Origin: a virus | IMG/VR virus record: IMGVR_UViG_3300015202_000003 | Coordinates: 1 to 21,412 of that record | DNA: 21,412 nucleotides | Strand: one strand, 5' to 3' | In this document: positions 8,122 to 15,472 of the stretch, in pieces | Layout: the number at the start of each line of letters is the position of its first letter | How positions within the stretch are numbered: the first letter of the stretch is position 1 | Notes under the pieces: model-generated | Databases searched by the model: none | What the model saw: the letters and a program-made list of their open reading frames with translations, nothing else | Told to the model about the DNA's origin: nothing | Position numbers and translations under genes: made by a program

Positions 8122-8442
8122 ATGAAAAAAACAGCTAAATTTATTAAAAAAATAGAGGGTGGTCAAAGCGACGCGCGTTTATATTTTTTGTCGGAACCCG
8201 TTTTATACGATTCCGACAAGGAAACTTCTTATGTTTATGTTTCTGCCGCAAATGTAGATGATAACCCTGCTCTTGAAATTTTTCCTAAAAGCATAAGGGG
8301 AAGTGGTGATGAAACTTTTATTTTTCCTTGCGATAAAAAAGGAGAGGTTTTAAGTTGGTATGAATTAGAAGGTTCAACAAAGGGGATTTTAAGTCACAAA
8401 ATTTCTTTAAATAAAATGGGTTTTGAAACAGATTTAGATTAG
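8122..8442 (+). CDS. Hypothetical phage protein
   Basis: 106 aa; KTAKFIK, ARLY, ETFIFPCD...SWYELEGS. Confidence 0.8.
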   Translation: MKKTAKFIKKIEGGQSDARLYFLSEPVLYDSDKETSYVYVSAANVDDNPALEIFPKSIRGSGDETFIFPCDKKGEVLSWYELEGSTKGILSHKISLNKMGFETDLD

Positions 8443-8460
8443 CATTTCAATTTTAAAAAT

Positions 8461-9060
8461 ATGACGGAAAATAATAGTTTTTTAAAGGTGATAGGAATAT
8501 TTGGCTTCTGTAATTCTGGTAAAGACGAAAGTTTTTTGCAAATCCAACGCATACTTTACGAAGCTAAAAAAATAAGAGTTCATAGAATCGCTTTAGCGGA
8601 CGAATTAAAAAGAGAGTTTTGTTTAGAGACTGGTTTAGAATTTGAAGAGTTAGAAAAAAACAAAAATTCATACAGAGTTGAACTTCAAAAATTAGCAGAT
8701 TTAAGAAAAAAAGAAAACTCGAATTACTGGGTAGATAAAACCTATGAAAAATTAAATTTTCTTTGTGTTCCCAACCAAGAAAACTATTTTGTGTTTACGG
8801 ATGTTAGATATAAAAACGAATATAATTTTTTAAAATCTGTTTCTCTCAACACAAAATTTGTTAGAATACATAGACCTTCTTCTAAACCTTTTAATTCTCA
8901 TTCAAGTGAAACAGAATGGGCTTATCTCCCTGTAGACTACATATTAGACAATTATAAAGATAAACCTCATCTTTACGGAGAATGGCAAAAAGTTCTTTTT
9001 TATTTCGAGTGGTTGAGAAACAGTTTTTCTATTGTGAAAACAAAGAACGAAGATTCTTAG
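8461..9060 (+). CDS. Deoxynucleoside monophosphate kinase (T4 gp1-like P-loop kinase)
   Basis: IGIFGFCNSGKD P-loop, ALADELK, TDVRYKNE and HSSE motifs. Confidence 0.85.
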   Translation: MTENNSFLKVIGIFGFCNSGKDESFLQIQRILYEAKKIRVHRIALADELKREFCLETGLEFEELEKNKNSYRVELQKLADLRKKENSNYWVDKTYEKLNFLCVPNQENYFVFTDVRYKNEYNFLKSVSLNTKFVRIHRPSSKPFNSHSSETEWAYLPVDYILDNYKDKPHLYGEWQKVLFYFEWLRNSFSIVKTKNEDS

Positions 9061-9144
9061 TTTTTTAATTAAAATGAAAAAAGCAATTTTTTGGTTTGTG
9101 AAAGGTTTGAAAATTTAGGTGTTAAAGAGATTTCTAAACGGGCT

Positions 9145-9238
9145 GTAGGTGTTTAATTACATGACGTTGAATACCTCGTTGCGGGAATCCCCGCCACGGA
9201 TTAGCGCAGTAGGTGTTTAATTACATGACGTTGAATAG
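9145..9238 (+). CRISPR. CRISPR mini-array: two 30-bp repeats and one 34-bp spacer, no cas genes in window
   Basis: GTAGGTGTTTAATTACATGACGTTGAATA(C/G) at 9145-9174 and 9209-9238. Spacer 9175-9208 is CTCGTTGCGGGAATCCCCGCCACGGATTAGCGCA. The 3' end resembles the ATTGAAAC/G handle of class 1 repeats. Confidence 0.8.
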
Positions 9239-9342
9239 ACCCACAGATTTTCTTATAACTGAAGTTAAAAAAACTAAGAATCTTCGTTCTTAGTTCTAAG
9301 TCTTTAAATCAACTTCTTAAAAAGAGAGGGGGTTGGTAAAAA

Positions 9343-9537
9343 ACGGAATCAAATTCGGTTTGGGTAGTGATAGCTCAAAGTTATCCTGATAGTTCAAACA
9401 TAAGGGCTGTTTTCAAAGCAGAAGAAGACGCAAAATATTATGTAACAAAACAGCAAAAAGAAGAAGAGGAAAAAAAGGTTAAATATTTTTTGTATCACTC
9501 TTATTCTTTTTATGTTGAGAAGTGGGATGTTGATTAG
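9343..9537 (+). CDS. Small phage protein with a non-canonical or mutated (ACG) start; alternative GTG at 9367
   Basis: Frame reads ESNSVWVVIAQSY...IRAVFKAEEDAK...FYVEKWDVD. GAGGGGG lies about 10 nt upstream of ACG. Confidence 0.6.
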   Translation, partial: TESNSVWVVIAQSYPDSSNIRAVFKAEEDAKYYVTKQQKEEEEKKVKYFLYHSYSFYVEKWDVD

Positions 9538-9552
9538 GGTTAAATTTAATTT

Positions 9553-9604
9553 CAGTTATTAAATAAACCAAGAAACTTTTCCTCTCTTCAAAACGTATGA
9601 ATAA
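9553..9604 (+). promoter_or_regulatory. Putative promoter upstream of tRNA-Arg
   Basis: Matches 2725-2775 at both ends (CAGTTATTAAA and CGTATGAATAA). Confidence 0.5.
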
Positions 9605-9718
9605 TCGGAGGCTTTCCAAGAAGGGTTTAAATTTCATAGGGGGGAGATGCGCCCGATGTCGGACGTTTGTTTCTCCTATTTGACTTATAATTTAAATTTT
9701 CTTTGGACTGCCTATTTT

Positions 9719-9790
9719 GGCCTGTTAGCCTAACGGATAAGGCGACAAACTTCTAATTTGTTGATAGAGGTTCGATTCCTCTACGGGCTA
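9719..9790 (+). tRNA. tRNA-Arg(UCU), CCA not encoded
   Basis: Acceptor GGCCTGT/ACGGGCT, D stem GCCT/AGGC, anticodon arm ACAAA-CTTCTAA-TTTGT, T arm AGAGG-TTCGATT-CCTCT. Confidence 0.95.
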
Positions 9791-9992
9791 TTGAAAAACT
9801 TAGTGGCAAAGAGATGTATTTAGCATCGTCCTATCTTTTCGGGTTTAACCTTCAACTTTTAGTCTGAAACGGAAAAGATAAGTTTTTCTTCTTTTAAAAC
9901 CAAACCTAAATAAAAAATTTGATACTTTATAACAAAGGGATAAAAGACGGGGAAGATTCTATGTTTATCTTTTACTCTTTTTTTCAAACACC

Positions 9993-10514
9993 ATGAAATT
10001 ATCTGAAGCATTAATTCAAAGAAAAGATTTAACTAACAAAATCAACGATTTACAAAACCGTTTAATTTCCAATTCTACGGCTTACGAGGGTCAAGCGCCT
10101 TCAGAAAACCCGTTAGAGTTGTTAACAGAGATGGGAAATTGTGTGGAAGAACTTTCTCTTCTAATTAAAAGAGTGAATCATACGAACAATGTTTCTTTAA
10201 TAGAAGAAACAAAAGAAACTATTTCGGATGCTGTTGTTAGACGGGACATGTTAAAAATGAGAATGGGCCATTTGGAAACGGCTTTACAACATTCTTCTAA
10301 TACAAAGAGAAGTCGTTATAGTGCTTCTTCTGATGAACCTAAGTTAGTTTCTGTAATGGAACCAAAGGATTTAAGAAAAAGTTTGGATTCTTTTTATAAG
10401 TTGTATCGTGAATTAGATTTGCTAATTCAAGCGGCGAATTGGAAATATGACTTATTAGAGTTAAAAGGAGAGGTTAAAATTAAAGAGACAAAGAACTTTG
10501 CACCTTTGTTTTAA
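9993..10514 (+). CDS. DIP1984-family-like coiled-coil protein
   Basis: MKLSEALIQRKDL...EGQAPSENP...IKRVNHTN...ISDAVVRRDML...RELDLLIQAANW matches the family pattern as I recall it; short extra C-terminal tail. Confidence 0.8.
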   Translation: MKLSEALIQRKDLTNKINDLQNRLISNSTAYEGQAPSENPLELLTEMGNCVEELSLLIKRVNHTNNVSLIEETKETISDAVVRRDMLKMRMGHLETALQHSSNTKRSRYSASSDEPKLVSVMEPKDLRKSLDSFYKLYRELDLLIQAANWKYDLLELKGEVKIKETKNFAPLF

Positions 10515-10527
10515 ATTTTAAAAAACT

Positions 10528-10980
10528 ATGTCTTTAGATGTTTATTTAAATAGAAAAGGGGTTCAAAACTTAGAGCCTAAGGAAGCTATTTTCATTAGAG
10601 AAAACGGTTCTACAAAAGAAATTAGCAGAGAAGAGTGGGATTTAAACTATCCTAACAGAGAGCCGATTATGGTAACAATTCCTTCTGATAACGAACAAGT
10701 TTTTCAAAGAAACATAACTCATAATTTGGGAAGAATGGCTTCTCAGGCGGGGATTTACGAGCATCTTTGGCGTCCAGAAGAGTTGAGCATAACAACAGCT
10801 AACGAGTTAATTTCTCCTTTAGAAAAGGGTTTAAGACAGTTGAAAGAAGACCCTGAACACTTCAAAAAAAATAATCCTGAAAACGGTTGGGGCGATTACC
10901 AAGGTTTATTAGATTTTGTTGAGGAATACTTGGAAGCGTGTAAACTTTATCCAGATGCTTCAGTAGAGGTTTCAAGGTAA
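10528..10980 (+). CDS. Conserved phage hypothetical protein
   Basis: MSLDVYL, NITHNLGRMA, LWRPEE and NPENGWGDY motifs. Confidence 0.85.
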   Translation: MSLDVYLNRKGVQNLEPKEAIFIRENGSTKEISREEWDLNYPNREPIMVTIPSDNEQVFQRNITHNLGRMASQAGIYEHLWRPEELSITTANELISPLEKGLRQLKEDPEHFKKNNPENGWGDYQGLLDFVEEYLEACKLYPDASVEVSR

Positions 10981-11045
10981 ATAAAATAAGTTAGAAGTTA
11001 CTTTTTAAAAACCAATCAATTTAAAATTCTGAACTAAAATTCAGA

Positions 11046-11281
11046 GGTAGTTTTCTTTTTTGTTCGAGAATATTCTTCTTGTTTAGGAGAAGTTAAATCT
11101 TAAACCGTTTGAATGAAGCGTTATTTATTCACCCGATTAGGAACGAAAGTTTCTTTATCATCAAATACATCTGCTTTTATTGCACTATTGATTGTGTAAA
11201 ATTTAAAATGTAAAGAGTAACTTCGGGTAAAATTTAATAAGTAAAAGGTAAAACCTTGATATTAAAACAAAAAAGAAGATG
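11046..11281 (+). ncRNA. Candidate structured ncRNA with 7-nt periodic repeats
   Basis: Terminal stem 11050-11064/11266-11280; hairpins at 11074-11092, 11110-11131, 11139-11154 (GAAA loop) and 11180-11199; cUUCGg at 11221-11226; eight NNTAAAN-like heptamers at 11195-11253. Confidence 0.65.
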
Positions 11282-11332
11282 AGGGTGAGGCAAGGGGCAA
11301 ATTTTAAATTGAATTGTTTGAAAAAACAAATT

Positions 11333-11593
11333 ATGAAAAACACAGAAAATACTGAAAACACAGAAAATACTGAAACAGAAGATTACACTCACTATTTTGA
11401 AATTGGTGATGTGGTTACGTTGAAATCGGGCGGTCCAAATATGACGGTTTTAAAATTGAACGCTTCAACGGATTCAAGATGTTTAAATCCTAACAGTAAA
11501 AATTACCTTTATTGTATTTGGTTTGACAAAGAAAACACTTTCATTGGAGAGTATTCTTTCCATTACGAAACTGTGGAAAGAGTTAGAAATTAA
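11333..11593 (+). CDS. DUF2158/YodC-like small protein
   Basis: FEIGDVVTLKSGGPNMTV...CIWFD. ATG at 11333 preferred over 11279. Confidence 0.8.
   Translation: MKNTENTENTENTETEDYTHYFEIGDVVTLKSGGPNMTVLKLNASTDSRCLNPNSKNYLYCIWFDKENTFIGEYSFHYETVERVRN
11339..11374 (+). repeat. 18-bp tandem duplication encoding (NTE)x4
   Basis: AACACAGAAAATACTGAA twice. Confidence 0.9.
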
Positions 11594-11604
11594 AAAACAT
11601 TAAG

Positions 11605-11958
11605 ATGCAACAAATTAAAATTCCATCGGAGACTCTTTTAGAGAAGTTAAAAGAGAACAGACATAAACACGAAACAGATTATTTGAAAGCTGTTGAGGGT
11701 TTTCAAGAAGATTTGCTTCAGACTTTATCGGCTTTGTTAAAGAAGGCTAAGACTAAAGTAGAAGATGTTCCGTTATTTATTCCTTTAGAAAAACCAGTTT
11801 CTTATTTGAAAGAATATGATAAAGTAATTCAAATGTTAGAATTAACAGAAGAAACCCATGTTGTTTTAAGTTCAATCGAGTTTTCTCATTTCGTATTAGA
11901 TGATTGGCATTGGAAACAGCAATTTGCAATATCTACTGCTAAATATTTAGGTAAATAA
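11605..11958 (+). CDS. Conserved large-phage hypothetical protein
   Basis: LLEKLKENRHKH...PVSYLKEYDKVIQMLE...FVLDDWHWK. Confidence 0.85.
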   Translation: MQQIKIPSETLLEKLKENRHKHETDYLKAVEGFQEDLLQTLSALLKKAKTKVEDVPLFIPLEKPVSYLKEYDKVIQMLELTEETHVVLSSIEFSHFVLDDWHWKQQFAISTAKYLGK

Positions 11959-11982
11959 AACCTCATAAATTAAAAAAATACC

Positions 11983-12615
11983 ATGGAAAACATACGTTCA
12001 AAATTTGATACTTTGTTAGATTTTAATTCTGAAAATCTAACGCAAGAAAAACTGAAAGAACTAAAGTTGCTTTTAGAAAAAAGAGATGAGAAAGAAATTG
12101 TTTTCGTTCATTTTTCTATTGGCGATGGTGGGGTTTCTTTTTCTATGACAGATTCTTACGGCCCGACTTTAACAATTTCTTCTTCTCATTTTGGAAATAA
12201 CAGTCGAAAACAGGTTTTACATTTAAGCAGAGAATCTTTGTCTCAATTAAGACAGTTTTTTGAAGTTGCCGACAAAGCTGACTATTCTGAAGAGTATGTT
12301 TATCCTTTAAGATGCTCTGAGATGAAGACACCAGAACAAAAAAGAGAGGGGGATATTTATTCTGCTGTTTCTTCAATAAACTGTTGCGAAAAGTTTTTAA
12401 AAGCACTCCAAGACGGTGATTTTAGTTTATATCCTCTTCTTCAATCAAACCCAGAAATGCTTTCTTCTATGTTAGAAGAACAAAAAGATGATTTGGCCAA
12501 GAAGCAGTTTAATTTACTGTTTCTAAATCCTTCAAACGAAGAGTTGGAAAAATCCAGTTTAAAATTAAAAGAAGACTCTGAAAATCCATCCCGTATAAGA
12601 CACATCTTTGGGTAG
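11983..12615 (+). CDS. Hypothetical protein
   Basis: 210-aa ORF. Confidence 0.8.
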   Translation: MENIRSKFDTLLDFNSENLTQEKLKELKLLLEKRDEKEIVFVHFSIGDGGVSFSMTDSYGPTLTISSSHFGNNSRKQVLHLSRESLSQLRQFFEVADKADYSEEYVYPLRCSEMKTPEQKREGDIYSAVSSINCCEKFLKALQDGDFSLYPLLQSNPEMLSSMLEEQKDDLAKKQFNLLFLNPSNEELEKSSLKLKEDSENPSRIRHIFG

Positions 12616-12703
12616 AGGTAGAGAATTAAATGGGAATTTAAAAGTTAAGCAAAAAATGAAGGTTATTTGCTTAACTTTTTTTTAAAAGACCTTAAATTAT
12701 CCT

Positions 12704-12943
12704 ATGAAATTAAAAACAAAAATATACGCTTTTATCTATCCTATTTTAAAAATTCTTCCTAATAGCGATAAATGGGGAAGAAAGGTTTCTTTTATGTTTT
12801 TATCAAGGGAAAAAAGAAAGTTAGGATTTGATATTTTTTGTCACTTCATGGAGGATGTAGAAAAAAAAGAAAGGCACAGTAGCGTTACATCTTGCACTAA
12901 GGGGAGTTTCAACGAAGAAGGGGTAGGAGACAATTTAAATTAG
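12704..12943 (+). CDS. Hypothetical protein
   Basis: 79-aa co-oriented ORF. Confidence 0.55.
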   Translation: MKLKTKIYAFIYPILKILPNSDKWGRKVSFMFLSREKRKLGFDIFCHFMEDVEKKERHSSVTSCTKGSFNEEGVGDNLN

Positions 12944-12978
12944 TTTTACGAGAGATTAAAAAAAGCCTTAAAACTTTA

Positions 12979-13024
12979 AATTAAAAAGACCTTAATCTTT
13001 CTAAAGACTAAGGTCTTTTTAATT
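12979..13024. terminator. 16-bp perfect inverted repeat (bidirectional terminator-like)
   Basis: AATTAAAAAGACCTTA / TAAGGTCTTTTTAATT. The arm shares AAAAAGACCT with the 192-250 hairpin. Confidence 0.6.
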
Positions 13025-13135
13025 ATCAGATAAAGATTAAATAGTAAAGAGTTAAGTTTTAAATGTTGTTTTATTTTCGCAAGCTATTAGATTTTTTTAA
13101 AAGTAAAACTTCAGCAAACTTTTTTTACAAAAACT

Positions 13136-13507
13136 ATGACAACAGCAGAAGCCTCCGTAATTTTAGTAAATTTGGACAAGTTTTTTTCTTCTAATCAAAC
13201 TTTTATTAAATCTAAAAAGCCTTATGAATGGTATTTATATTTATGTCCTTTCATTCACAATTTAATTCCTCAAGCCATTCAAACTTATGATTTATGCCCT
13301 TGTGAATGTGGTTGTGGTTTTACATTTGATCCTGATGAATGTATTGCTCCTTTATATAGTTTTAAAGGGGGTTTAGAGCAGGTTTACGGCGTTCAAATTA
13401 GGGTTGTTTCTGAGTGGAAAGGTTTAACTGAGGGCAGAATGGTTTTATTGCCTAAAAATCAAAACTTAAACTTATTTCTACGGAAACATTTTGCTTATTT
13501 AAATTAA
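13136..13507 (+). CDS. Hypothetical protein with CPCECGCG motif
   Basis: 123-aa ORF. Confidence 0.7.
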   Translation: MTTAEASVILVNLDKFFSSNQTFIKSKKPYEWYLYLCPFIHNLIPQAIQTYDLCPCECGCGFTFDPDECIAPLYSFKGGLEQVYGVQIRVVSEWKGLTEGRMVLLPKNQNLNLFLRKHFAYLN

Positions 13508-13885
13508 AAAAATATTTCTTCTTTTATAATTTTAGGTAGGGGTGAGAGATCACAGGGTTCGGTTACGGAAGCCTATGGAGAGGCGGGAAGAGGGGTTTAT
13601 TGTTGGATAGAACCTAACTCTTAATGAAAAAATACTGTGCTTCTCAAGGACAGAGAGTTGTTTATTTTACTCTGAATTTTCTGTTTACGTTGTTCTACAT
13701 AGCGGTGCGGGAATCCCGGCTTCAAAGCAGGCTATTATTAGAGGTTTAGATGGGGTTCAAGATATAACAGCAATCGAAATATAAATTAAATTAGAATCTT
13801 TGTTTTTTGTTTCAATTTATTTTTATATCTCTGTTATTTTTTTTAGTTGCTTTTTAAGATTTCCAATTTTTGTAAACTGTTTTAA

Positions 13886-14239
13886 ATGGAAAATACAAGT
13901 GTTTCGGAAGAAGAGTTAAATCTTCTTTTATGTGATTGGCTAAATGGTAAAATTAAGGATAACTACGGTTATAAATATTACATTGTTCAAGATATTAAAT
14001 CACGCAGTTGTTTAATTTATTCTAAAGAACTTCGTTATCCTTATGAAAACGAGCAAGAAACCATTTTTACAGAATCTTCAAATAGTTTAGGAACAGTTTT
14101 ATATTATATGGCCGAAGAAGAGAAAAATAAATTTTTAAATTCTATGTTAGAATTTTTTAAACAGAGTTTTTTCAGGGTATTTTTTTCTTCTGTTGAAGAC
14201 AAGGCTTATTTCTGTGCTAAGTCTTTAAATTTGTTTTAG
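13886..14239 (+). CDS. Hypothetical protein
   Basis: 117-aa ORF. Confidence 0.7.
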   Translation: MENTSVSEEELNLLLCDWLNGKIKDNYGYKYYIVQDIKSRSCLIYSKELRYPYENEQETIFTESSNSLGTVLYYMAEEEKNKFLNSMLEFFKQSFFRVFFSSVEDKAYFCAKSLNLF

Positions 14240-14266
14240 TTTTTTTAATTAACCTTTAAATCATAA

Positions 14267-14596
14267 ATATTAAAAATAAGCAAAGGAATAGAAGTTTATT
14301 TTATTGTTTGTGGCTCTTCTCCCCGCTCGCCCGTTGAATCCCACTCCGTTATATATTTTGATGGTAAACTAATCTATGACCTCCATTTTTCCAAGGGTGG
14401 TTTAGTAGTTCCTAAATATGTTTTTATTGAAAGGGGCGTAAAACCTCCATGCTTGTCAGATGGGCAATTCACTGCGGAGAAGATATTTATTTTGTCGGTT
14501 AAAACTGCACAAGCTCTTGTTTTCTTTTTGGAGAAATTGATAAGAAACATAGAAAAAACTAATAGTCAAAAAAACAACAGTTATGAAAAAATTTAA
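14267..14596 (+). CDS. 109-codon open frame without a canonical start (ATA at 14267); contains an IS-end-like repeat in frame
   Basis: Stop-free from 14267 to TAA at 14594-14596; fills the gap between neighbouring genes. Confidence 0.45.
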   Translation: MLKISKGIEVYFIVCGSSPRSPVESHSVIYFDGKLIYDLHFSKGGLVVPKYVFIERGVKPPCLSDGQFTAEKIFILSVKTAQALVFFLEKLIRNIEKTNSQKNNSYEKI

Positions 14597-14753
14597 TTTT
14601 AATTACGTCGCTCTTTTCTTAGGTGTGTGGGCTTTAACTCGCTTTTTAAGTGAGTTTTATTATCACACAGAAGACAAACACACTTTAGTTTTGTGCATTT
14701 ACATAAGCTATTTTTGTGTTAGATGTTTTAGAGATATTTTAGAATCTAAATAA
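14583..14753 (+). CDS. Small hydrophobic, possibly membrane protein, not in the ORF track
   Basis: 56 aa, MKKFNFNYVALFLGVWAL..., two hydrophobic segments. Confidence 0.5.
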   Translation: MKKFNFNYVALFLGVWALTRFLSEFYYHTEDKHTLVLCIYISYFCVRCFRDILESK

Positions 14754-14779
14754 GAAGATTCCTAATAAAAACATAAATC

Positions 14780-15001
14780 ATGCCCTTATTTGAAATTACT
14801 GAAAAAGAATACGAATTTATTTTAAATGAAAGAGAGGAAAACTCTTTTTATGAAAAAGAACATAAAATTAAAAAGTCTTCAGGTCGCACCATAGTAAATT
14901 ATTTGACAGGAGAAGAGTGTCCTATTAAATGTCCTGAGTGTGGTAAAGATGCTATGCAAGCTAACCGTTGCGATTTTAAATGTGGTAATTGCGACTGTTA
15001 A
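14780..15001 (+). CDS. Small zinc-ribbon protein
   Basis: CPECG...CGNC at the C-terminus. Confidence 0.7.
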   Translation: MPLFEITEKEYEFILNEREENSFYEKEHKIKKSSGRTIVNYLTGEECPIKCPECGKDAMQANRCDFKCGNCDC

Positions 15002-15025
15002 AATTATGATTCAACCAGATTTTAC

Positions 15026-15074
15026 AGAGGAGGTTTAATTTGAAAGCCTCCTGCTTTAGCGGAGGGAGTGTCAA
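15026..15074 (+). mobile_element. 49-bp single-hairpin mini-element derived from the tnpB IS (left-end/right-end hybrid)
   Basis: TTAC (15022-15025), 17 nt, AAAG, hairpin CCTCCTGC-TTTA-GCGGAGG, then GAGTGTCAA. Confidence 0.8.
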
Positions 15075-15231
15075 TTAAAATAGAAAAGAGTTTAAAAAAT
15101 ATGAATTTTCTTCGGGTTTTAAAACAATCTATACTCAAACCTCTAAACACGCAATTCTCTTCTCTTACGCTTCTCCTAAAGCAGGTTTTAGAGTCTTTAG
15201 AGAAAGCAAATGAATTGGGGTAATTCGCTTC

Positions 15232-15305
15232 CGAGGAGGAGCCATTTGGTTAAGGGCAAAAAGCTTATAACTTTTCATAAACTGATTCGATTTCAGTCTC
15301 CTCGA
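15232..15305 (+). tRNA. tRNA-Ile(UAU), atypical
   Basis: Acceptor CGAGGAG/CTCCTCG, D stem GCC/GGC, anticodon arm AAAAG-CTTATAA-CTTTT, T arm ACTGA-TTCGATT-TCAGT. G at position 8 and an A-T pair closing the T loop are non-canonical. Confidence 0.8.
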
Positions 15306-15338
15306 TTTTATTTTTCTTATAGTATGTTTAACGAAACA

Positions 15339-15378
15339 CTAAAATAATTTTCTTCTGCTTGTCAGAGGGGTAATTCAC
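15339..15378 (+). repeat. 40-bp dispersed repeat ending TTCAC (second IS200/IS605 end-like family)
   Basis: Identical to 21320-21359; 21/23 match at 14450-14472. Confidence 0.85.
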
Positions 15379-15472
15379 TTTCTCATCTTTACTACAATTG
15401 CCTCGGAAAATTTTATTTTCTAAAATAAAAAAATAAAGAGCGAAGACTCTTTATAAAATTAATTAAATTACT

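Noticed and set aside
9361-9400. TAGCTCAA tRNA-like start
   Set aside because: No anticodon or T arm; the sequence is within the 9343-9537 coding frame.
13706-13717. 12-bp match TGCGGGAATCCC to the mini-array spacer
   Set aside because: Too short and flanks diverge; not a credible self-target, although the GC-rich match is mildly unexpected.
13530-13783. Possible short or frameshifted ORFs (MKKYCASQG... and ...YSEFSVYVVLHSGAG...)
   Set aside because: Fragments are under 50 codons, in different frames and without a recognisable family; they may be a pseudogene but I cannot support a call.
15232-15305. tRNA(UAU) as an initiator for ATA starts
   Set aside because: It lacks the C1:A72 mismatch and the three anticodon-stem G-C pairs of initiator tRNAs.
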